Source: Methanobacteriota archaeon (lineage in GTDB: Archaea; Hydrothermarchaeota; Hydrothermarchaeia; Hydrothermarchaeales; BMS3B). Taken from it: a DNA stretch of 39,654 nt. The notes under the pieces were generated by a model. That model did no database searches. It had not been told where the DNA came from and was given only the letters and a program-made list of their open reading frames with translations. Location of the stretch: contig QIGD01000012.1 in assembly GCA_003229935.1 (NCBI GenBank), forward strand, positions 1 to 39,654. The letters run 5' to 3'. This document shows positions 9,916 to 17,945 of the stretch, one piece after another; positions within the stretch are counted from its first letter, which is position 1; each line of letters opens with the position of its first letter. Made by a program: the position numbers and the translations under genes.

Positions 9916-11250
9916 TCAATACTCCCATGGAAAAATTGGGTCAAAGTAGTCTGCCAGAAATTTAATATCTATTCTCTCAAAAATTTCACCACAAGTATAT
10001 ATATCATAGTTTTTACTGATAGCTGCCAAAATATGCTTCGGGATACCCTCCTTTACTACGTGTTCAAGACATTTTTCAGCACTGGAAAATTTTCTCGTTA
10101 CATATACTGCCCATCTGTCGTCTTTAATGAATGGCATACACAGTGCCCTTCCACCACTTCTATACTTCTCAAGAAATCTATTTTCATGGACGCTTGCAAC
10201 ACCAGGACCAATGTGAAGCTTTGCTTCAGGTATCTTCAGAGATTCCAGTTCGAACAGTATTGTAATTTCTTTCTCTACATTATAGCTTCCACCCAGCAGA
10301 CTGAATCCGTAAAGCTTCAGTTGTTTCGAGAGATTTTTAAGTGTTTTTTTCACCTGTGGATAGAGTATATCATCAATTACCACGGGTGACTGAAAGCTCA
10401 GAGCAATGATTTCCGAACCTCTTTCTCTAAATTTTACTACAATAGATTCCTTCTCAATCTTCCTTTCTTCGGGAAAAAAGAACCTTTCATCTGGACTTTT
10501 CAAGTATTCTCTGCTGGCATGAATAAAGAGAGCAAGTTTTTGTCTGGATATAGCACTTGCCACATTCCTATTCGTATCTACAGGATCAATGAAAATAAGA
10601 GCATCTCCTATGAATTTTTTCACTTTTTCCTTATCAATATTTCCAAAGTCGAGAACCTCACCGAATTTCATTTTTGAGACATGCTCTATAAGACCTTCAA
10701 AACTACCAAATTTTATTATGAGGAGCTCGCAGAGATAGCCTGAGAAACCTTCAACCCTAGCCTCTGCACCATAAACACCTATACCTCTCAGAAACTGCTT
10801 GAAAAGTCTGACATCATTTTCCTTACCCTCTATTCTTTTTATGACAAAATCATGATGAAAGGGTGTTCTGTCAACTGCACTCAGCATTGAAGAGGGCGAA
10901 CTTATGGCATAACAGGGGACAATTTCTATATCAAAACCCATATAGGCTCCTCGAATATATGGATGTTCAGCATAGTGTTTTTCACTATACTCCAGAACCT
11001 GCCTCCCAATATGTGTTACAATCTCTTCCATCTTAGCTTTTGAATATTCCTCTGGAAAGAAAATAAAGAAGTCAATGTCCTTATCCCTAAGCCATGTATC
11101 CCTTGCCGAGGAGCCCAGAAGCCTTACATAGAGCCTTTCATCATAACCCCTTGCTTTACTCTTTATCTTTTCTCTTAACTCTTCAACCAAAGCTTTTAGC
11201 TGCTGCTTCTCCTCTATGGCTGGCACTATTTTTTTAAGCACCCTATTCAT
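9916..11250 (-). CDS. cca: Class I (archaeal) CCA-adding enzyme
   Basis: GSSARDTWL..DIDFF, YAEHPY, SAVDRTPFH, GFSGYLCEL, DPVD.NRNVA. Confidence 0.97.
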   Translation of the reverse strand: MNRVLKKIVPAIEEKQQLKALVEELREKIKSKARGYDERLYVRLLGSSARDTWLRDKDIDFFIFFPEEYSKAKMEEIVTHIGRQVLEYSEKHYAEHPYIRGAYMGFDIEIVPCYAISSPSSMLSAVDRTPFHHDFVIKRIEGKENDVRLFKQFLRGIGVYGAEARVEGFSGYLCELLIIKFGSFEGLIEHVSKMKFGEVLDFGNIDKEKVKKFIGDALIFIDPVDTNRNVASAISRQKLALFIHASREYLKSPDERFFFPEERKIEKESIVVKFRERGSEIIALSFQSPVVIDDILYPQVKKTLKNLSKQLKLYGFSLLGGSYNVEKEITILFELESLKIPEAKLHIGPGVASVHENRFLEKYRSGGRALCMPFIKDDRWAVYVTRKFSSAEKCLEHVVKEGIPKHILAAISKNYDIYTCGEIFERIDIKFLADYFDPIFPWEY

Positions 11251-11380
11251 GGGCTTATATGTTTCTTCAAAGATTAAAAGTTTAACCCATGGATGAGTAA
11301 TACAGCCAACATCCGCTCACCATCATAATAGCATTGTGTGGTGAAATACCAGATTTTATAAATCAGATTACTCTTGTTAC

Positions 11381-11407
11381 TTTACATATGTAAACATAAA
11401 GTTTACA
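11381..11407. promoter_or_regulatory. Overlapping palindromes, candidate autoregulatory operator of the Lrp-kor operon
   Basis: Perfect TTTACATATGTAAA (11381-11394) and TGTAAAC-N5-GTTTACA (11389-11407), between TATA-like TTTTATAAA (11354-11362) and ATG 11418. Confidence 0.55.
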
Positions 11408-11417
11408 AAGGTAAAGT

Positions 11418-11873
11418 ATGGTGACACAAAAACAGGTTTCAATTCTGAGGAGGCTATACAGGCATGCAAGAAGCCTCAAAGTTTACTCTACCACTCTCAA
11501 GCAGGAGGCTCTTGCCAGAGAGCTTGGCATAAGCAGGCAGGCACTCAGTTCTCATTTAAGAGAACTCAGAGAGCAGGGATATCTGCGCACAGGCAGGGGC
11601 TTTATAGATATAACAGATAAGGCTCTTGTAGAGATTGGCAAGGCTGGAGACGAAGCCTTTGTTCTAATCAGAGTTAAACCGTCCTCACGGGAGAAAATCT
11701 TTGAAGAAATTAAAAAGTTGAATTCAGAGAGGATGTATAGAGTTACAGGAAGTTTTGATATTATTACAGTGGTGGATGTTGAAAAGCTTAAAGAATTTCT
11801 CGATGGAGTTGAAAGACAGGAAGGTATAGAGGTTATCTCCTCACATGTTGTTATAGAAATGCATCAGGTGTGA
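11418..11873 (+). CDS. Lrp/AsnC-family transcriptional regulator
   Basis: wHTH LARELGISRQALSSHLREL; RAM domain YRVTGSFDII. Confidence 0.85.
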   Translation: MVTQKQVSILRRLYRHARSLKVYSTTLKQEALARELGISRQALSSHLRELREQGYLRTGRGFIDITDKALVEIGKAGDEAFVLIRVKPSSREKIFEEIKKLNSERMYRVTGSFDIITVVDVEKLKEFLDGVERQEGIEVISSHVVIEMHQV

Positions 11874-11875
11874 TT

Positions 11876-12175
11876 ATGGGAAAGATAACTATAAATGAAA
11901 AGTACTGCAAGGGATGCAACATATGTATAGAGTACTGCCCAATGAAAATCTTTGAACAGGGTGAGGAACCAAACCAGAGAGGTTACTTCGTGCCGGAAAT
12001 TGTTCACCAGAAAAGATGCACAAAACTTATGGTAAGCAAGCATCTAAAAAGGAATGTGTGTGGCCTATGTCAGGAGATGTGCCCTGACTTTGCCATTGAG
12101 ATTGATATATATGCCGAGGAGGATAACAATACATGCCAATCACTCACTGCTAAAGCAAGGGGGCTTGTTCCATGA
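11876..12175 (+). CDS. korD: 2-oxoacid:ferredoxin oxidoreductase delta subunit; last ~13 codons derived from inserted element
   Basis: CKGCNICIEYCP and C..CGLCQEMCPDFAI; precedes korA/B/C. Confidence 0.9.
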   Translation: MGKITINEKYCKGCNICIEYCPMKIFEQGEEPNQRGYFVPEIVHQKRCTKLMVSKHLKRNVCGLCQEMCPDFAIEIDIYAEEDNNTCQSLTAKARGLVP

Positions 12176-12400
12176 GGTATAAGGATAACAGGTTGATTAG
12201 GAGACATTGAAAGATGCAGAAGTTATTGGTAGAGTTAAAGAACACATCAGGGGATGCTCCTCAAGTCCCCTGTTCTGTAAGTGGAGCATTAAACAGAGAC
12301 AAAAGTCTCAGTGTGCCCTACATAGTACTGGCTGATAACAGCTCCGATGAGGACATACACTCTGGCAAGAGTAGACAGGACTTGAAAGTTCCTGTGTTAA
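12135..12400 (+). ncRNA. omegaRNA / HEARO-like RNA scaffold (guide = flank ~12119-12134); 3' boundary approximate
   Basis: About 84% identical to copy B over 195 nt by manual alignment, with compensatory stem changes; HEARO-like GTTGATTAG and GATGCTCCTCAAGTC motifs. Confidence 0.8.
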
Positions 12401-12489
12401 ACATGCATAAGAGACCAATATTTAAAAAGATGTGAAAAGGGGAATTCTTCCCACCTCTGAAAGAGGTGGGTTTCTTTGCCCAGATTATC
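12135..12489 (+). mobile_element. Non-autonomous IscB-type IS200/IS605 element, copy A (omegaRNA + stub of iscB + terminal hairpin)
   Basis: Begins GCCAATCAC (cf. GTCAATCA), iscB-like VPVLNMHKRP stub, hairpin CCCACCTCT-GAA-AGAGGTGGG (12450-12470), followed by ATGA. Confidence 0.85.
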
Positions 12490-12493
12490 ATGA

Positions 12494-12805
12494 GTTAGCA
12501 CTAACAAGAATGAATAACAGAAATTCGCAACCCAATAGAAAAGGTTTCAAACCTTCTATAAGAAGAAAGAGGTATAGGTTACAACCAAATGATTCAGTAA
12601 AATATATTAAATCTCTATGTAAAGTAAAAGGTGTCATTCTTATGGGAAATATGTGGTCTTAGAAGATAAAATAGGGGAAATCTTAGATATTAATGTTAAG
12701 ACAGCGGAGTTATTAAAATATGGGAAAGGAATACAATTTTAAAAGAGGTGAAATAGGGCAATCTCTCCATTCTCTTAATAGAGATGGGTTCATTGCTCAA
12801 ATATT
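12494..12805 (+). pseudogene. iscB: iscB C-terminal fragment with a second element end
   Basis: NNRNSQPNRKGFKPSIRRKRYRLQPND..KVKGV / (frameshift ~12635) SYGKYVVLEDKIGEILDINVKTAELLKYGKGIQF* (stop 12742), then GCAAT..CCAT.CTCT-TAAT-AGAGATGG..ATTGC hairpin abutting ATGA of korA. Confidence 0.75.
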
Positions 12806-13924
12806 ATGAAGGGCAAGCTGTTTCTTCAGGGTAATATTGCATGTGCTGAAGGCGCCATTGCCGCAGGAATGCGTTTTTTTGCAGGCTATCCCATAACACC
12901 GAGCACTGAAGTGGCTGAATGGCTGGCAAAGAGACTTCCAAAGCTCAATTGTATTTACCAGCAGATGGAGGATGAAATAGCCAGTATTTCAGCAATAATA
13001 GGGGCAAGATGGGCTGGAACCAAATCTATGACTGCCACATCTGGCCCTGGGTTTTCACTTATGATGGAAAACCTTGGCTATGCTGCAATGACTGAAACCC
13101 CCATAGTAGTTGTGAATGTGCAGAGAAGCGGTCCAAGTACAGGGCAGCCAACCCTGACAGCCTCCGGTGATATTCTCCAAGCTATGCATGGTTCTCATGG
13201 TGACTATGAGGTTATACTACTCTCTCCTAACTCTGTCCAGGAGATGTTTGACCTGACTGTCGAGGCATTCAACCTAAGTGAGCGCTATAGAGTACCTGTG
13301 CTCCTTATGAGTGACGAGGTTGTAGGACACATGCGTGAAAATGTTTATCTGCCTGAGAAGGTTGAGAGCTATGACGCACCGCTCAGTGAAAAAGGTATTG
13401 ACTACTTTAAAGCTGACCCTGAGACCCTTGTACCAGAAATGCAAGTTTTTGGGAAAGGCTACAATGTACATGTCACAGGTTTAACACATGACGAAAGAGG
13501 TTATCCAAATACAAACGAGCAGGACGTTCATTCAAAGCTTGTTAGAAGATTATGTAAGAAAATTATAGACAATGCTGAGGAAATTGTGAATTATGAACTT
13601 AGCTATGGTGAAGATGCCGATGCTATAGTTATAGTCTATGGCGCTGTTTCAAGGTCTGCTATGGAAACTGTTCTGAAGCTGAGAAAGAAAGGAAGAAAAG
13701 TTGGTCTTCTTAGGCTTATAACTCTCAATCCTCTACCAGAGAAGCTTATAAGAAAGCTCACACGTCACGCAATACCCATAGTTATTGAGATGAATCTTGG
13801 GCAGATAAAGAAAGAGATTGAAAGAATTTCTAAAAGAAAGATTTACTTCTATGGGAAAATAGGTGGTGAACTTCCTTCTCCAGAGGAGATTGAAGAATTT
13901 ATGATGAGAGTGATGAAATGGTAG
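12806..13924 (+). CDS. korA: 2-oxoglutarate/2-oxoacid:ferredoxin oxidoreductase alpha
   Basis: AGYPITPSTE, QMEDEIAS, TATSGPGFSLM, VQRSGPSTG. Confidence 0.95.
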   Translation: MKGKLFLQGNIACAEGAIAAGMRFFAGYPITPSTEVAEWLAKRLPKLNCIYQQMEDEIASISAIIGARWAGTKSMTATSGPGFSLMMENLGYAAMTETPIVVVNVQRSGPSTGQPTLTASGDILQAMHGSHGDYEVILLSPNSVQEMFDLTVEAFNLSERYRVPVLLMSDEVVGHMRENVYLPEKVESYDAPLSEKGIDYFKADPETLVPEMQVFGKGYNVHVTGLTHDERGYPNTNEQDVHSKLVRRLCKKIIDNAEEIVNYELSYGEDADAIVIVYGAVSRSAMETVLKLRKKGRKVGLLRLITLNPLPEKLIRKLTRHAIPIVIEMNLGQIKKEIERISKRKIYFYGKIGGELPSPEEIEEFMMRVMKW

Positions 13925-14904
13925 TCCACCCTTCTATTACTTTTCTTAGAGAAGAAAGACTTCCACATATTCTATGTGAAGGCTGTGGAATAGGTACAAT
14001 AGTCAATGCTCTCCTCGAGGCAATATCAGAGCTTGAAGTGGATAGAGAGAAGCTTGTTTTTGTCTCGGGTATAGGCTGCTCCTCAAGAGTTCCTGGATAT
14101 CTGAAGTTTGATTCACTGCACACCACCCATGGAAGAGCACTTGCCTTTGCCACCGGTTTAAAGCTGGCAAATCCCGAGCTTGAAGTTATTGTTATAACAG
14201 GTGATGGCGATATGGCAAGTATAGGTGGAAATCACTTTCTCCATGCTGCAAGGCGCAATATAGACATTTTAACCATCTGTGTAAATAATCATACCTATGG
14301 TATGACAGGTGGCCAGGCATCACCGACAACACCAAGAAAATGGAAAAGCACCACCACACCTTATGGAGCTATTGAACCGCCTATGGATATATCAAAAGTT
14401 GCAGAGGCTGCAGGAGCAAACTATGTGGCAAGGTGGAGTACCGCATCACCCCTGCAGATTAAAGAAGCTATAAATAAGGCTTTCCAGAAGGAGGGCTTTC
14501 GCCTTGTTGAGGTTTTATCTCAGTGTCCAACTGCCTTTGGCAGGAGAAATAAGCTCAGGACTGCTATTGATATGCTAAAATGGTATAAAGACCATACAAT
14601 TTCAATTGAAAAAGCAGAGAAACTTGGAGAGAAGGGTGAAGACCTCTCAGCTTTTGTTGTGGTGGGAGAGCTGGTTGACAGGAACGAACCTGGGCTGTGC
14701 CGACTCTATGGTCTTACTGAGAAAAAGGAAGAAGAGGAGAAAAAAATAGAGAAAAGGATGAAGAAGAGAGATGGAATAAAGATTGATAAAGAAAAAATTC
14801 TCCGGCTACTGGAGAAACTATCCTCACCCAGAGTTAGAGCTCTGATGGAGGAGGGAGAGATAGAAAAGGCGGAAAATCTCTTAAAGGGGGAAGATGAAAA
14901 ATGA
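13918..14904 (+). CDS. korB: 2-oxoacid:ferredoxin oxidoreductase beta, with charged C-terminal extension
   Basis: CEGCG, SGIGCSSR, HTTHGRA, GDGD..NN TPP motif, YGMTGGQASPT. Confidence 0.95.
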   Translation: MVVHPSITFLREERLPHILCEGCGIGTIVNALLEAISELEVDREKLVFVSGIGCSSRVPGYLKFDSLHTTHGRALAFATGLKLANPELEVIVITGDGDMASIGGNHFLHAARRNIDILTICVNNHTYGMTGGQASPTTPRKWKSTTTPYGAIEPPMDISKVAEAAGANYVARWSTASPLQIKEAINKAFQKEGFRLVEVLSQCPTAFGRRNKLRTAIDMLKWYKDHTISIEKAEKLGEKGEDLSAFVVVGELVDRNEPGLCRLYGLTEKKEEEEKKIEKRMKKRDGIKIDKEKILRLLEKLSSPRVRALMEEGEIEKAENLLKGEDEK

Positions 14905-15464
14905 GGAGAGAAATACGCTTTGGTGGCTTTGGTGGTCAGGGTATTGTCACAGCAGGTATAATTCTTGCAAGGGCTGCAGCTCTCTATGAAAATATGAATG
15001 CACTCCAAACTCAGAGTTATGGTCCAGAAGCCAGAGGAGGCGCCTCGAAGTCTGAAGTGATTATAAGCGATAGCGAGATTTACTACCCCAAAGTTAAGAA
15101 ACCTGAGATTTTTGTATGTATGAGTCAGCAGGCTTTAGAGAAGTATTTTAAGGACTTCTCTGGTATTCTCATATATGATAGCTCTCTTATCAAAAATGTA
15201 TCCATGGAAGTAAAAGCCTATAGTATTCCTGCCACAATGCTTGCAATGAAGAAACTTGGTAAAACAATATTTGCAAATATTATAATGCTTGGTGCCCTTG
15301 TAGAAACAACTAAAATTATAGGCAGAGAAGCCCTGAAGAGCGCAGTCCTTGAAAGTGTACCCAGAGGCACTGAGGATTTGAATATGAAGGCATTGAAAAT
15401 AGGGTTTGAAGAAGGTAAAAAAGCTCTGGAGATTAAAAACGGAAATTCTCGAAAAGATTGCTGA
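14901..15464 (+). CDS. korC: 2-oxoacid:ferredoxin oxidoreductase gamma
   Basis: GFGGQG, QSYGPEARGGAS, NIIMLGA. Confidence 0.95.
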   Translation: MRREIRFGGFGGQGIVTAGIILARAAALYENMNALQTQSYGPEARGGASKSEVIISDSEIYYPKVKKPEIFVCMSQQALEKYFKDFSGILIYDSSLIKNVSMEVKAYSIPATMLAMKKLGKTIFANIIMLGALVETTKIIGREALKSAVLESVPRGTEDLNMKALKIGFEEGKKALEIKNGNSRKDC

Positions 15465-15476
15465 TAAACGTGAGAC

Positions 15477-15622
15477 CTGACATAACCCCACGACTTTAGA
15501 GGCTGTCCGACAATTACTCTCAGTTATATAAAGACTGCTTATTTTAGACAATAAAGGCTAAATTTAGCTTATTTCCCGTAGTATTTTTCGGGACAGCCTC
15601 TTTAGTAGTGGGAGTATGTCAG
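15477..15622. repeat. REP/PATE-like 40-bp palindrome built from IS605 end arms, split by a MITE
   Basis: Removing 15499-15604 gives CTGACATAACCCCACGAC-TTTA-GTAGTGGGAGTATGTCAG. Confidence 0.75.
15499..15600. mobile_element. 102-bp MITE with 10-bp perfect TIRs and 4-bp target duplication
   Basis: TTTA|GAGGCTGTCC ... GGACAGCCTC|TTTA. Confidence 0.88.
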
Positions 15623-15628
15623 TGCCGT

Positions 15629-16243
15629 TCATTTGGCTTTCACTATGAAACCTCTAGCGATAATATATATTTCAGCACTTCTACTCCTGCTTGCCTTAGG
15701 CTTTGAAGATTTCACATAACGAAATCTTTTATTTACTTCTGCTCTTAAATCTTCTATACTCTCACCCTGAAAAACTTTAAATAGGAGGTTCCCACCAGGC
15801 CTCAAAAGTTTATCTGATATTCCAATTACATTCTCACACAGTTCAATACTTTTAAAGTGGTCTATGTTCCATACTCCTGAAATATCTGGGGATGCATCAC
15901 TTATAACAACATCAGCAATAGGAACAATCCTCTTTATTTCTTCTATCGTATCCTCCCTTGTGAAATCACCCTGAATCTCTGTGACATTTTCACATCTAAG
16001 AGATTTCATACGACTAATATCAACAGCAACAATCTTACCTTCTTCACCAACAATCTCCCTTGCTACCTGAGTCCAGCCTCCTGGTGCAGAACCCAGCTCC
16101 ACAACATTGTAACCCTTCTTAATAATTCTAAACTTTTTGTTGAGCTGCTTTAATTTGTAGCTTGCTCTTGAACGGTATTCTTCATCCTTTGCCTTTTTGT
16201 AATAGTAATCTCTTTTCTTGTCTCTCATCCAGCGTTTTCCCAT
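15629..16243 (-). CDS. rlmE: 23S rRNA Um2552 methyltransferase
   Basis: YRSRASYKL, ELGSAPGGW, SDASP, KVF, KPKASR..SAEIY. Confidence 0.96.
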   Translation of the reverse strand: MGKRWMRDKKRDYYYKKAKDEEYRSRASYKLKQLNKKFRIIKKGYNVVELGSAPGGWTQVAREIVGEEGKIVAVDISRMKSLRCENVTEIQGDFTREDTIEEIKRIVPIADVVISDASPDISGVWNIDHFKSIELCENVIGISDKLLRPGGNLLFKVFQGESIEDLRAEVNKRFRYVKSSKPKASRSRSAEIYIIARGFIVKAK

Positions 16244-16282
16244 GACGTTTTACAGAAAAGTACCTTTAACTATATTTTTTAT

Positions 16283-16601
16283 GACAAACATAGCGGAAAA
16301 CCAACGACTTTAGCCGTTGGATGAATGCGATAATATAATTAAATATCTCTAATTTATTTTTAATTGTATAATTAATCTTAAATTTTAATTTAATGATAAA
16401 AACAAATACAAAGTTTATATCCTTCTAAAAACAACAAGGATATTATGAATAAGATAGACACGTTAATGCTGCCATAAATATATTACACAGAGTATTGAAA
16501 AAAGTAGGGTTGGGATACATCGATTTGATGCCTGTTCGAGGTCTAGCACAAGATACATCTATGGCTCAGAAAGCCCATGATTTTAGTCGTGGGTAGTTCA
16601 C
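16283..16601 (+). mobile_element. Internally deleted IS605/TnpB element retaining both ends and the right-end (omega/re)RNA region
   Basis: TTTAT target then left hairpin CCAACGAC-TTTA-GCCGTTGG; tnpB tail DRHVNAAINILHRVLKKVGLG..QKAHDFSRG* from 16453; right end CCCATGAT-TTTA-GTCGTGGGTAGTTCAC. Confidence 0.88.
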
Positions 16602-16631
16602 GTTAAAGTGTTAATTAATAATGGATATAAT

Positions 16632-17468
16632 ATGGAAGAAAAGCTTATTCATATGGGATGTATGATTTACAATAGATTTCCAGACTACGAAATATCAGCA
16701 AAGGCTGTACTCGGAGCTATTGGAATTAAAGCAAAAGATATGCATAACTTTGCCTGTTGTTCCTCAACAATAGTCCCCAGCTTCAGTGATGAGTGGATTT
16801 ATCTTGCTTCATACAATCTGGCTCTGGCTGAAAAGGAAGGTTTAAATATTGTTACTCTGTGTGGTACCTGCACAGCAACTTTCAAGAGAGCAAACTATGA
16901 ACTTGTAAGGGATGAGTCTCTTCTAAAAAAGGTTAACTCCCGCCTTGAAGAGGTTGGCTTAAGCTACAGCGGAAAGACAGAGGTTAAGCATATTCTTGAA
17001 GTTCTTGTTGAGAAACTTGATGAGCTTAAAGCTGTTATTAAAAACAGGCTCGACCTCAGGGTTGCTCTTCAGCATCCATGCAATGTTTTCAGACCAGATT
17101 ATATAGCAAAGTTTGACAACCCTCTTGAACCTGAGGCTATGAGGAAGATTCTCAGACTTACAGGAGTAGAGATTGTTGATTACCATGAAGAATATCAGTG
17201 CTGTGGCTCAACCATAACAATGGTGGATGAAAGTCTCGGGGCACGGGCAGGAGCAGAGAAGCTTATATCTGCCAATAAAGCAGGTGCAGAGTTCATATGC
17301 GTGGCATGTGGCAACTGTGCCTTTCTATTCGATAAGAAGCTGGATGAAATAAAAAAGGTTGAACCAGAGGTAAATATAAAAACTATTTTTATAACCCAGA
17401 TTCTTGCCCTTGCTCTTAGAATTGAGAATAAAGCAGCCCTGGATATAAGAGGTGTCGAAGTTGAATGA
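16632..17468 (+). CDS. hdrB: Heterodisulfide reductase subunit B-like (CCG domains)
   Basis: GC..CCS..CGTC and HPC..CCG..CGNC clusters. Confidence 0.85.
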   Translation: MEEKLIHMGCMIYNRFPDYEISAKAVLGAIGIKAKDMHNFACCSSTIVPSFSDEWIYLASYNLALAEKEGLNIVTLCGTCTATFKRANYELVRDESLLKKVNSRLEEVGLSYSGKTEVKHILEVLVEKLDELKAVIKNRLDLRVALQHPCNVFRPDYIAKFDNPLEPEAMRKILRLTGVEIVDYHEEYQCCGSTITMVDESLGARAGAEKLISANKAGAEFICVACGNCAFLFDKKLDEIKKVEPEVNIKTIFITQILALALRIENKAALDIRGVEVE

Positions 17469-17841
17469 ACTCCCTCCAAACTGCCTCAAATGTGGAAAGT
17501 GCAAAGAAATGTGTATAGTCGAGAAGCTCAGGCACGAGGTTAAATTTTCTGTTCTAGAGCGGAAAAATAGCTTTCTCTGTGCTTCCTGCTGGAGATGTAT
17601 GGAAGTATGCCCTGCAGGTATTGATATCTACAATTTAATGATGGAAGCCAGAAGAAACAAACAGCTACCGGAGAGCTTCGAAATGAGTATAAAGAATATT
17701 CTCGATACTGGCTACTCAATGCCCATGCATGGCATAGCTTCAATTAGAGAAATGTATGGCCTTGCTCCACTGGAACATCCTTCAAGCAAGATTATATGTA
17801 CACTTCTGAAAGAAGTTAAAGACAGGCTGAAGAAGGCTTAA
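17461..17841 (+). CDS. hdrC: Heterodisulfide reductase subunit C-like 4Fe-4S protein
   Basis: CLKCGKCKEMC and CASCWRCMEVCP; TTG start after GAGGTG. Confidence 0.8.
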   Translation: MNELPPNCLKCGKCKEMCIVEKLRHEVKFSVLERKNSFLCASCWRCMEVCPAGIDIYNLMMEARRNKQLPESFEMSIKNILDTGYSMPMHGIASIREMYGLAPLEHPSSKIICTLLKEVKDRLKKA

Positions 17842-17883
17842 CCTGATATAACAGGGGAAATCATAGTATCCAGAAAGGTGTAG

Positions 17884-17917
17884 GTGGACTACCCACGACT
17901 AAAGAGGCTGTCCGACA
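17884..17917. mobile_element. Half IS605 end hairpin fused at its loop to the left end of the GAGGCTGTCC element
   Basis: GTGGACTACCCACGAC-TAAA-GAGGCTGTCCGACA; last 14 nt identical to 15499-15512. Confidence 0.8.
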
Positions 17918-17945
17918 TGTCGACGTGTATCTCTAATTCCTAACA

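Noticed and set aside
11291..11344. Two short hairpins (GGATG/CATCC, TCACCA/TGGTGA) between cca and Lrp
   Set aside because: Stems of 5-6 bp with no second copy or recognisable RNA motif; compatible with chance
12135..12489. IStron (group I intron-IS hybrid)
   Set aside because: No group I P7 core recognisable, and the cassettes are almost fully accounted for by omegaRNA plus ends
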